Shown: piece by piece, positions 22,004 to 32,500 of the stretch
How positions within the stretch are numbered: position 1 is the stretch's first letter
Layout of the letters: the number at the start of each line of letters is the position of its first letter
Assembly: GCA_002269645.1 (NCBI GenBank)
Contig: NIVC01004604.1
Coordinates: 1 to 40,779 of the forward strand
Length of the DNA: 40,779 nt
From: Macrostomum lignano
Lineage: Eukaryota
Reading direction: 5' to 3'
Program-made: the position numbers and the translations under genes
Notes under the pieces: generated by a model
Database searches by the model: none
Told to the model about the DNA's origin: nothing
The model's input: the letters and a program-made list of their open reading frames with translations, nothing else

Positions 22004-22262
22004 CTGGAAGCATTGATGGCGGGAAGGGTCATGTGCAGTCATGGCATGCTGTTGCAGACTGGAAGCATTGATGGCGGGAAGGGTCATGTGCGGTCATGGC
22101 ATGCTGTTGCAGACTGGAAGCATTGATGGCGGGAAGGGTCATGTGCGGTCATGGCATGCTGTTGCAGACTGGAAGCATTGATGGCGGGAAGGGTCATGTG
22201 CGGTCATGGCATGCTGTTGCAGACTGGATGCATTGATGGCGGGAAGGGTCATGTGCGGTCAT
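21995..22262. repeat. 55-bp tandem array (5 units) overlapping the exon C' acceptor
   Basis: Same unit as 17181-17340. Confidence 0.9.
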
Positions 22263-22363
22263 GTGCTATCGGTCATTGCTTACTCAATCCTGCCCTTCAT
22301 CCTGCCCAGCAAGTAAAGCGGTTTCTTAGTCGGAGAGAATTATTTAAAGACCCCACCCAGTAC

Positions 22364-22444
22364 CTCCGCCGCTGGTGACGCGGTCCAGTACGGCATGATA
22401 GCGAATACGAAATCCTCGTCTCGCAACGAGACCCGTCGACGATT
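22364..22444 (-). pseudogene. Truncated, diverged paralog of the 3' end of CUB exon B
   Basis: Encodes RRGFRIRYHAVLDRVTSGG followed by donor GTACTG. Homology to exon B stops near 22440. It could alternatively be an 81-nt phase 1-1 exon using the CAG at 22445-22447. Confidence 0.6.
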
Positions 22445-22602
22445 CTGCCAGAAGGTTGGATTTTTCCCATAAGCGCCAGTGTATTCAGTACACCCCTGTG
22501 CGCCAGTCAGCACTGCGCCTCAGTGCAGCCTTGACAAGCCTCCAAATTTCGTCAGCACGTCGACCACATGTGCTTGCATCAGCTCTGTTTCGTTGATCAC
22601 TA

Positions 22603-22998
22603 CACCTTTTTTCCATTCTATTTTGGCAAACGTGCAATCAAAGTCAAAATCTTTTCATTCAATTCAGACAGTTTATGGTAGTTCTTGGCCGGCTTGTCTA
22701 AATAGATTGAAATTTGTCGGAATTGATAGGAAATTTCGCAGTATGAGCCATAGATAGGAGGACAGAAAAAGCCAATTCATAGCCAACTGTCGGAATTGAT
22801 TGCAAATTGTTTGAATTGATTGCAAAGTGTCGGTTTCTCGTGGTAGCTTGTTTGCTTTGTTTGAAAATTGTCGCTTTTGAAAGCACATTTGTCGGAATTG
22901 AATGCACGTCCGGCCAAGAACTACCATAAACTGTCTGAATTGAATGAAAAGATTTTGACTTTGATTGCACATTTGCCAAAATAGAATGGAAAAAGGTG
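22603..22998. mobile_element. Non-autonomous TIR element (MITE), ~396 bp, TA target duplication
   Basis: About 90-bp TIRs at 22603-22692 and 22910-22998 (one substitution, one T/A-run length difference). TA lies at 22601-22602 and 22999-23000. TGTCGGAATTGA occurs three times internally. TA duplication suggests Tc1/mariner type (inference). Confidence 0.82.
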
Positions 22999-23024
22999 TA
23001 CTGTTAAATGTAGGATTAATACAT

Positions 23025-26000
23025 GTATATAGCTGCTGCGTGCTTTAATGGTTTTGGTCACGAGTGCGCGTAGCCAAAGACCATTGAAGCACAAAGAAGC
23101 TATATACTGTATTAGTTACATTATAATACTACGAATTACCATAGACAAAAGGTTGCAGTTGCGTTAGATGCACGTTGAAGACGAGAAGAGAGAGAAGAAT
23201 AAAGCAGAGCTAGCTTTACTGACTCAAAAAGAGAATGGAACTACCGAGAAAAGAAAACTAATAGATCTGCTGCACTTTCCAAATGAAATAATTTCTTGGA
23301 ATGTCCACGGATCAAATCAAGAATTTATTGACGCATTCCCTCAAGGATTTATCAAGGATCAAGGACGCATTCCCTGAGTCCAAGATTTCTACAGCTCTAC
23401 AGGCCTACAGATGGAATATCTGGAAAAAATGTCCAGGAACTACTGGAAACCTGCTTTGTGTAAGAACGTAAGAATGTAACGTGCACTGCATCGTGGTAGT
23501 GACGTGACTCCTACAGCCCAAGAGCCTGCTAACACCACTGTTGAGCCGCCTAATCAAGAGCAACATGTTGTGATGGTCGATTCATTGGCAGTGATGAGCC
23601 AGTCTCTGAACACAGTGGAACAACTGATATCACCACCGCAACGACGCTGACCAACACTACTGGCAATGGCAGGCCTACAGTGATCTACAACATCTACGGT
23701 ACACTGCACAACTGCATTTTTGAAGTGAATCAGATCGAACTACGCGTGAGCAGACTATATTTTAGGACCGCATGCTTGCTTTCAATCTCTGTGTACTTAA
23801 TATCTGCTCCCGTTTTTAGCGTGCCTATAATGCATTATCATATAGACTATCGTTTTTTAATGCATTTTTTAATGAAGCTGTTAAGTCACGATAAATTGCC
23901 ATAGATTATGAGCGAGAAATTCACTGTTTTTATTAATTTAAGCAACAAGAACTTTAACAGGAAACAGATCGAGGATATAGCAAAGCAAACGAATACCAAA
24001 GTATTTGATTTTCGACAGTTAAGACTTATAAGTACGAGCTATATATTCTTTGTTAGAATTTGAACGTGCACCCATCGAAGAGGCAGTTGGCAAACATCGG
24101 CTGTTGCACACTTCGCAGGTCAACTTGAGCTTGCTGCATGACTGTTGCACTAGTGGTTGCACTCGTAGTCGCATCGGTTGGTGCGGCCAAATTGTCACTA
24201 ACAGCGGTAGCAACCTTCCTGAGGGTTCTGTCACGCTTGCGTGCGAGATAACGTCGAACAGTGGACTCCGATCGTTGTCCCGTTACCGCCATTATCTCCC
24301 CCATAGGCATTCCTTTGTCGAAAAGATCCGCAATACGCGTGACGCGTATGCAGTGATTCGTGTACTGCTTGGAGAGGTTGCACACACTACTAACGTGCTT
24401 CATGAATGCAGCCAACCAATTGACACCGCGCACTTGCGTAGCAGAGAATCGAATTTGTCCTCCCGAATTGTTAGTCAGAGGGCGCGGAAAGAACGAGGAC
24501 GAATTCTGCGGTAACAAACTCTGATAATGCAGGATCAACTCCCGCTGAGCGCCGTAGATCCGACTCTGTTTGCGCTGATTTCCCTTGCATTTTGTTGGAT
24601 CGCTAGTCTGGTTTTTTGTCTTTAACGGCGGCAACGCAAGATATGGATTCCCATCAGCGTCGACTTCTTCTTGGAGCGTGCCAACTTGCTTTAGACTTGA
24701 CAGGTGTTCTTGACCTCTCTCGCCCAGGACATACAGCAGCGTAAATAGTACTTCATCTTGCAACCGTTCTGCTGTAGAACGGTCAAAATAAGCACGCATT
24801 TTCTGTAAATCACCTTTTTCTATTGGCTCGTGCTGATTGACAGTGCCTCCATCAGCATGAAAATGCCGCACCTTTACTCGCAGCATCCGGTTGGCAGTGG
24901 CGAACTCGTCACTGGAAATAATATTTGTTCGACGCTTCAGCACGAGAGTCAAGTACCTCTGCACTCCAGCACGAATGCAGACCAACGTAGCTGGCGAATA
25001 GCAACTGCCGTCAGATTTTTTTAGACAGAAGTAAAAGAACCTTAAAAATTCGGCCAAGCGACTGTCACTGATCACGCTTACATCCACAGCACCATGTTTC
25101 TTCAAAAACTCCACGAACATTTTGCCATACAGAAACATGTGTTCTCGTGTAGTGCTCGGCAGTGATTCCAGTTCGGCAACATCCATCGCACTGGGTAAAT
25201 CAGATAGTTCTGGAAGCTCGACACTAGAAACCGCAGCGGCCTCATCAGCCGTCTCGATTTTAGTCAGGTAGTCGATAAAATCTCCAAGAATTTCATCGGA
25301 ACTGTGGTTCACGGCGCTCAGTTCACTCAGAAAATCTAGTTCAGTAGACGAGACGCCATCTAAACTGTCGACCGGTAGGTTTTTCCAGTTGATAAGAGAC
25401 ATTTTTAATTCGATTTCTCTCGCTTCTTGCTTCTAGTTCTTAACTTCCTAACAGACTTCATGGTCGAGCTTTTCTTTTAGAGAACTGTATTCTAAAAAAT
25501 TGTCTATGGTCCAATTAGTGGGGGCTCTGCCCCCACACCCCCGCAAGGGAGCTGCGCCCCCTTGTCCATGCTCACTGCCGAGCCAATATCTATGGCACGA
25601 AGACACTGCAGCGTTACTTAATGGCGTGGCTTAATGGCGTTACATAATGATCAACCGAAAACGCTAGTCTATATGATAATGCGATTAAGTCTATGGTTTC
25701 AGACTACCATTAATGCCTGCGTTAAATGCACGCTGATTATATTTTGAAATACATAATGATTACCACGGTTTCGCCATAGACTATGTTGTTAAATGCACAC
25801 TTCGTCGTGTTATAATGGAGGAATCTAGCACGCTGACGAGTGCGTCAATGGCTGAAACACGAGTGCGCGTAGCGCACGAGGGTTTTTACCATAGACGCAC
25901 AAGTCAAAGTGCTTGATTCCCATTCTTATTTGATCCAACATGTGTGGCTAAAGTAGACAAGGGTGAAGCTGGGGGTGTGGAGTTAGACTTGAACCATAGA

Positions 26001-26470
26001 CAAAATATGCGCGAGCTAGTCTGAACATTCTTGCACGATGGAAAGAAGATTATGCTTGTAGTCTATGGCTGTTATGCTAAATATAGAAACATTGCGCATT
26101 ACATTCTTGCACGATTGACATTCTTGCACGGAGTGCACATGTAAATTCAAGGTGCTTTTGCCATAGACACTTGCATTTCTGCACGCATATGGCGACTTCC
26201 AAAGCATTCTTGCACGCTGGATCAAATAAGAATGATATATTCCTGCACGGTCACGAGTGCGGGAATGACATCTGCACGAGTGCGCGCTAGCGCACGAGTG
26301 CACGATGTCCTTCACGCACGAGTGAACGTGAAGGAATTCCATTGTCGGATGATTCATCGTGCAGGAATGCACAAAACCGTGCAGGAATGCATTTCTGCGC
26401 CTAATGCTTTTTCAGTGAGATTTTACCATAGACATCCATTCCTGCACGCAAAAGAGTGCAGGAATGCCAT
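23025..26470 (-). mobile_element. Putative Crypton-like tyrosine-recombinase DNA transposon (boundaries approximate)
   Basis: Intronless recombinase ORF with no RT or gag. Flanks share CACGAGTGCGCG(C)TAGC and TTACCATAGAC motifs. Exact ends cannot be fixed without other copies. Confidence 0.55.
24053..25402 (-). CDS. Tyrosine recombinase of the Crypton/DUF3504 (KCTD1/ZMYM/QRICH1-like) type, 449 aa
   Basis: Contains DGSCYSPATL, LGERGQE (Arg), KTKNQ (Lys), YTNHCIR (H-x-x-R), TGQRS and RRY (Tyr), plus a C-terminal FANCLF tail. The ORF is uninterrupted. Confidence 0.85.
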   Translation of the reverse strand: MSLINWKNLPVDSLDGVSSTELDFLSELSAVNHSSDEILGDFIDYLTKIETADEAAAVSSVELPELSDLPSAMDVAELESLPSTTREHMFLYGKMFVEFLKKHGAVDVSVISDSRLAEFLRFFYFCLKKSDGSCYSPATLVCIRAGVQRYLTLVLKRRTNIISSDEFATANRMLRVKVRHFHADGGTVNQHEPIEKGDLQKMRAYFDRSTAERLQDEVLFTLLYVLGERGQEHLSSLKQVGTLQEEVDADGNPYLALPPLKTKNQTSDPTKCKGNQRKQSRIYGAQRELILHYQSLLPQNSSSFFPRPLTNNSGGQIRFSATQVRGVNWLAAFMKHVSSVCNLSKQYTNHCIRVTRIADLFDKGMPMGEIMAVTGQRSESTVRRYLARKRDRTLRKVATAVSDNLAAPTDATTSATTSATVMQQAQVDLRSVQQPMFANCLFDGCTFKF

Positions 26471-27047
26471 TCTTGCATGGAAAATCAGCCGACAATGGCT
26501 ATTATCTTATACTTTATGCCTTCCCAACGGGAAGATAGGATGGCCACTGTTTTTCGTACCAAATTTGAGTTATCCAATCAGTTGTAATTCCAGACTCCAC
26601 ATGTAGTGTTTTGTACTCTATCGCCATTTATTCATGCTGCGTATTGTGGGCGAGGGGAGTTGGAGACTGGGTGGGGAAGAGATTGTATAGGCTGGCAGGT
26701 GGCAGAAACGGTGTGGTAATGCTTTGAATGGACGGAAAATTTACTGCATCAAAATTATTAAAAAAGTCTCATAGGCTACTTCAATTATTGCTTGTCCGCC
26801 GGCGACCCCTACAGCTGATCATTAGGCATCTGGCACTATGCAGACCCGGTCCCACCGCCGGAGCCAGTTAGTTCTACGGATATCTGTGTCCAAGTATAGA
26901 GAAAACACTGCTTCTGCAAAGGCAAGGTCATAAATATTTAATGAAAAGTTGGCTGCGTTTAACGAGAGGATATTGCTGGGGGGTTGCTGTCAGCGTGTGC
27001 ACAGATGGTCTGGGAATTTCTGGCCAGAGATACTGCAATAGGTGTGT

Positions 27048-27312
27048 TGCTCTGCACTCTGTGCTTGATGGTGGCTGCTCTGCACTCTGCTTGATGGTGG
27101 CTGCTCTGCACTCTGCTTGATGGTGGCTGCTCTGCACTCTGTGCTTGATGGTGGCTGCTCTGCACTCTGTGCTTGATGGTGGCTGCTCTGCACTCTGTGC
27201 TTGATGGTGGCTGCTCTGCACTCTGTGCTTGATGGTGGCTGCTCTGCACTCTGTGCTTGATGGTGGCTGCTCTGCACTCTGTGCTTGATGGTGGCTGCTC
27301 TGCACTCTGTGC
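27048..27312. repeat. 28-bp minisatellite (GCACTCTGTGCTTGATGGTGGCTGCTCT)
   Basis: About 9-10 tandem units, two of them 2 nt shorter. Confidence 0.9.
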
Positions 27313-27752
27313 TGTAAGGTGTTTTTTTTCTGGCCATGATCATCAATGTCACAAATTTTTTTAAATTTACGGCTTCAGGAAATTCATTAAGCAAATTGAT
27401 TTTTCATGGCTTTTGTTCCGCTGCTGCAATTGATTCAATTTTAATGACGCTGTCAAAGTGAGGGCGCAGGGGGCTCTGAGCAGACAGAGAGCGCCAGTCA
27501 TTCTACTGTCATGTCTGTAGGACTTTATTGTTTTATTGCCTCTGTTGCCATGCAGCATGGCTAGAGATATATGAGACAGCGATACAAGACCGGAGTCTAC
27601 AGCTGTCAGAAAGACTATACCCCGCGGGGTTCATGATTAACGAATGATCAAGACAGGGCGGCGGCAATGGCAATGGGGGCATTTGAGGATTTTCCGTGTT
27701 TTGAATGACCAAAAAGTTAAATGACGTATTACAGAAGAGTGGACTCAAGTGC

Positions 27753-27878
27753 TTCAAGCTAAGTGCGATTGTGTCTCAAGCTAAGTGAGAATCTATGTGT
27801 TTCAAGCTAAGTGAGATTGTGTTTCAAGCTAAGTGAGATTGTGTTTCAAGCTAAGTGAAAATGGATGTGTTTCAAGCT
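27753..27878. repeat. 22-bp minisatellite (TTCAAGCTAAGTGAGATTGTGT)
   Basis: About 6 degenerate units. Confidence 0.8.
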
Positions 27879-29512
27879 ATAATTCATAATTCTCTCGACT
27901 CTGTCTTTAGAAAAAGTTTGTAGCTCCTAGTTTAATTTTTTTATTTGATTATTATGTTACTGCAGAAATATGAGTCATATTTGGTAACAGCAAATTGCTC
28001 CTCCTAACTTTCCTCTAATCTAGAGGGACGTCTTGGAGAGAAAAAACTGAGGGGTAAACTGCCCCCATGACACTTTCGCGGGTGGCCCAGAGTGTTCCTG
28101 TATTTTTTACTATTCACTTGCTTTTACTATTACTTTTACTACGAGCTATTCTATTGCAGATTATCCAGCTAGAAAAATGGGCATACATTTTTAGGTTTGC
28201 CTGGTTTTTCTCATTGAAACTATTCTTCGCAACGCTAATTGGCGCTGAATCGGCCCTAAAACACTAAAGATCGAGAGCTAGTATGCAGTAAAGCACATGT
28301 AGAATCTTCTTAGGTTCACTTAAGTTAATTTAGCACTCTCTGCAGCACGTGTATATACATGCAGTGACAGTATAAAACTGATTGCACATGTATGTACACA
28401 CTGTATGTACATAATATGTCGCCCCTGGGTGAAGGCATCCAAACCCCAAGCTAACATATTTATCTTCTTTATACAGCAGAAGATCTAAATGAATCTACGT
28501 TGTCAGTTAACGCTATGCAAAGCAGCAGATTCTTTCACGGACTTGCATGTGTATTTCCTAAACATAAACATATGCTGACTAAAAGCTTTTGATTTTAATT
28601 CGAGGCTCTGGGCAAGGGAATCAGTCGATGCTTTGGATTAAGCGTTTCGTGCAAGAAGCTACACCGCGAAGAATATTATACAGTTTTAACAAAATTATTT
28701 TTAATTGTTTTTGTTTAACACGTACATATAATCAAAATAGTAAATTTGATTTCTTGATATTGTTATTTCTAATAACTGTTCTTTTATTAAGCAAAATATT
28801 ATTCTATTTTCTGTAAGCAGTATAAATAAGGCATTTTGAATTCCTTCTCACTTAATATTTCACTGAATGTCTGTCAAATTTGCCGAACAGCTATTTAGCA
28901 TTTCTACTGTTGCAAGTGTATTAGATGTTTTTCAGAATGCTTATATACTACTAAAGGCTTACTACGAAATTATTTGTCGATTTCATAATTTAATCGATCA
29001 TGTATACCATTTAAGCTAGACTTAGGTCACAAGTGCTCAAAACATAATTCAGGTATTGTCGTGTATTGATCAATATATTTAAAACTATAAATTTTTAATT
29101 TTAACAGAATATACCGGATATTTTTGGTATTTCGATTAGCTTTATACGTCTCTATTCTAAAATAAACGTACAAAACTAAAAACCTGCAAAGCATGCAGAT
29201 GTAACATTAACAAGGATTATTAAACTTTTAATTTGTACAGAAACCTGACGTTTTTTGATAATTCCAAATAGTTGTAAAAAAACCTTTGAGTTTAAATAGG
29301 TTAACAACTAACATTGCCAAAAAAATTGACAAAGCAAAGCCATCAAATTAAATTTTGAAATTGATTAAATAAGCAAAGATAAAGTATTTTAATATATTTT
29401 TTTTCAGACTTAAGCTGCATGATTGTTACTATTTTAAGTTTCACTCCTACAATTCATTTATTAATAGCAATAACTTAGAAACAGTGCACTTTTTCTTCAT
29501 GCCCAATCCAGC

Positions 29513-32500
29513 ATGAAATCCAGAGGTGTTCTCAAATGTCGCGATGAAGAGTACCAGCTCTGTCCAAAAATAACTACAATTGGGTCAACCGGATGCGACA
29601 TCATTGTTGAGGTGATCTACAGAAAACCATTAAGCATTCAATGCTTAGATGCTTCAATGCTTTTGGTTGTAGCTTTTACTAAGGCTTTGTAATCCTTGCA
29701 TTTTTTCAGGCTGAAGGCACAGAAAGTCAGCACGCCATCATCGAGTATTCCGAAGAGGACGGCGGCTTCATTTTGAAAGACTTGAATACCGAATATGTGA
29801 GCTTGCCATGCTGCCTGTTTTGCCTAGCCTAGCGCTCAGAGCTAATGGCATCCAGTCTTTGACACAAGAGGCCTGTCATGAACATCTGCCTCAAAGTTGT
29901 GGCAAAAAGACAGACTTAACTTTATCATGAGAGACCGTTATGGGCCCCAAGAATTCAGAATAAGCTTCAGGAGCAGTTGGTCATTGCCCCCCCCCCTGTT
30001 GGGGAGGCAACAAAGAAAGGAATAAAATTTGTTTGAATAAGCTACATGCAGGCTTTGACCGTGCAAGTCGCTATTGCCAGTTTCTTAAGAAAAAAGATGT
30101 TTAACGCAAAAAGCATCAGTCTCGAAAGCCTTTGGCTCATGGCTCAACCCTAACTCTCCCTTTGACCTACCTTTGGCTTGGCCTACCAACAACCTTGGCA
30201 TCTCAGCAACCGCCCTCCATGAGCCACACACATTTCAGTGATCCCCCTATGAGCCTTGACATCTCTGCAACTCCCTCGTGAGCCCTACAACTCTCATCTG
30301 TCCCCCACCAAGAGTTGAAGTAAAATCGAACCATGCTAAGTTACGACCATAACTGAGTTGAATTATAACCAAACTCGCCACCCCAGGGCACGCGCATCAA
30401 CGATTGCCTCGTCCAGAACGCGGCAGTTCGGCTGAGCCCCGGCGACCAGCTTCGATTCGGGCAAGGGCAGGCCGTGTACCAGCTGGCTGTGCAGCAGCAG
30501 CCGGTGCAGCTCGGCCGCCCCCTGCCGAGCCTCCAGCCGGGCACCCCCGGTCTCATCCGCGGCGGCGGCAGCGGCGGCGGCGCAGGCAACTTTGCCAGCT
30601 TCGGATCCACGGCCGGAAGCGCACTTCAGGCTGGGCCGGCCGACCAGCGCCAGCCCGATGGTGCTGATGAGCGGCAGCAGCGGTCGGCGGCAGCAGCAGC
30701 AGCAGGAATTCGGCCAGCACGTCGGGTTCACCGTGCCGGTGATTTCAACCGCTACGACAACCACCGCTGCCACGACGCTGCGAGTGCAGAGCGCTCGCGG
30801 GTCGAGGGCCAGCAGCAGCAGCAGCAGCAGTGCCTGGATGAGAAGGACCAGCAGCTGCTGTCGCTGCAGCTCGAACTGCAGCGGTTCCGCTCGCTGGAAG
30901 CTGAGAGCCGCGAGAAGGACCGTCGAACAGAGGAGATGCGAGCCCAGCTGGCCGGGCTTCAGAGGCAGCTGGCGTCACTCAACGACCCGGAGCTGCGCCG
31001 CCGTCTGTCCCACCTGGAGACCGAGGTGGCGGCCAAGCAGCAGGAGGTGGCGCTGCTCAAGGAGCAGCTGCAGCGGGCCAGGGCCGACCGAGAGCGGGCC
31101 GCCGGCGGCGACGAGGTGGCGGCCAAGACGGCCGAGCTGGCGGCGGCCCGGCTGGAGGCCAACAAGCTGCGCCGCGACGCCCAGGTGTCCGGGGGCCTCA
31201 TCACCCAGCTGCAGCGAGACATGACCGGCAAGGTGAGGCTGGGTTCGCTCTGCATGCCTGGTTATCTGGGTGTTGGATTTTGGGGTGAGGGTATTGGGGT
31301 ATTGGGTTGAGGGTATTGGATATTGAGGGTATTGAGGGGTATTGGGGTAGGGGGAGGGTATTAGGGTATTGGGGTGTTCAGGCGAGGGTATTGGGGTATT
31401 CAGGCGAGGGTATTGGGGTATTCAGGCGAGAGTATTGGTGTATTGTGGTGAGGGTTTGGGGTGAGGGTACTGGGGAGTATTCGGGTGAGGATATTGGGTT
31501 GAGGGTATTGGGGTGGAGAGTATTGGGTGAGGGTATTGGGGTGAGGGTACTGGGTGAGGGTATTTGGGTGAGGGTACTGGGGTGAGGGTATTCGGGTGAG
31601 GGTACTGGGGTGAGGGTATTGGGGTGAAGATGATGATCTATTTTCTCTTACAAAATAAGAGCGAATCAAAACCTATTAGGTATTTAAATTTAGCCAAGCG
31701 CCGTCCTCTCACGCCCTCTACCCAGGACACGACAATCAGCCGGCTGAACCGCGAGCTGGAGACCCTGAAGGAGGAGGTGAAATCCCGCGACTTGACAATT
31801 TCGGCTCTGCAAGCAAAGGTGAGCTGGATATGGGCCTACAGTATTGTTCCTGCGTCAATGTAATATGAAGCTCTAAGATCTATCAGCATCATCCTACTGT
31901 CAGTAGCTTGAACCTGAAAGTTGTGCATAGAAAATCGACTGAAATGTAAAACCCATGAACTGAAAAAACCCGGGGACAAAACGGCAGTACCCGGAGGATT
32001 TCCGATGCCCGAGGCTTGTGCGATTCGAGGAGCGAACTGGGACCCGCCGGCCGCCTCAAAGCTGCCTGCAGCCTCCGATGAGGTTTAAAAACGCCTGGCG
32101 ACGCGGCTCAGCGTCGCTGACGTCGCGCTACGTCACCGACAGGAACAAAGACTTGCTGGCCGAGTTCGGCGCCGCGGCGGGCCGGAGCAGCTCGGAGCCG
32201 GTGCAGCACCCGCTGTGCGGCACGCTGTACATCCCGATCTCGCGGGACTCGCTAGACGAGAGCGGCGGCTACCACCTGGATGTGCATGTTAGGCCTGGCT
32301 GTGGTTCGCTTTGGCGCCTTCACGCAGCTGAAGTAGAAGGATGCTAAACTCGATTTCTTAGAAATCAGCTGTAGGCCCTTCAGCAACGCACCGATACCAA
32401 ATGCACTATCGATACGTTCCTGACGGGCCTCCAATTTATTTTTAAGAAAGTCGAGCGTAGCGTCACTCTACTGCAGTCGTCGTCACGGCTTCACAATGCT

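Noticed and set aside
12294-26470. One DIRS-like element joining the gypsy RT with the tyrosine recombinase
   Set aside because: The retroelement has its own DDE integrase, PPT and TSD. The recombinase lies over 7 kb away on the opposite strand, beyond host exons.
28000-29500. Short hydrophobic ORFs upstream of FHAD1
   Set aside because: AT-rich non-coding sequence with no motifs. A non-coding first exon or promoter is likely here but could not be located.
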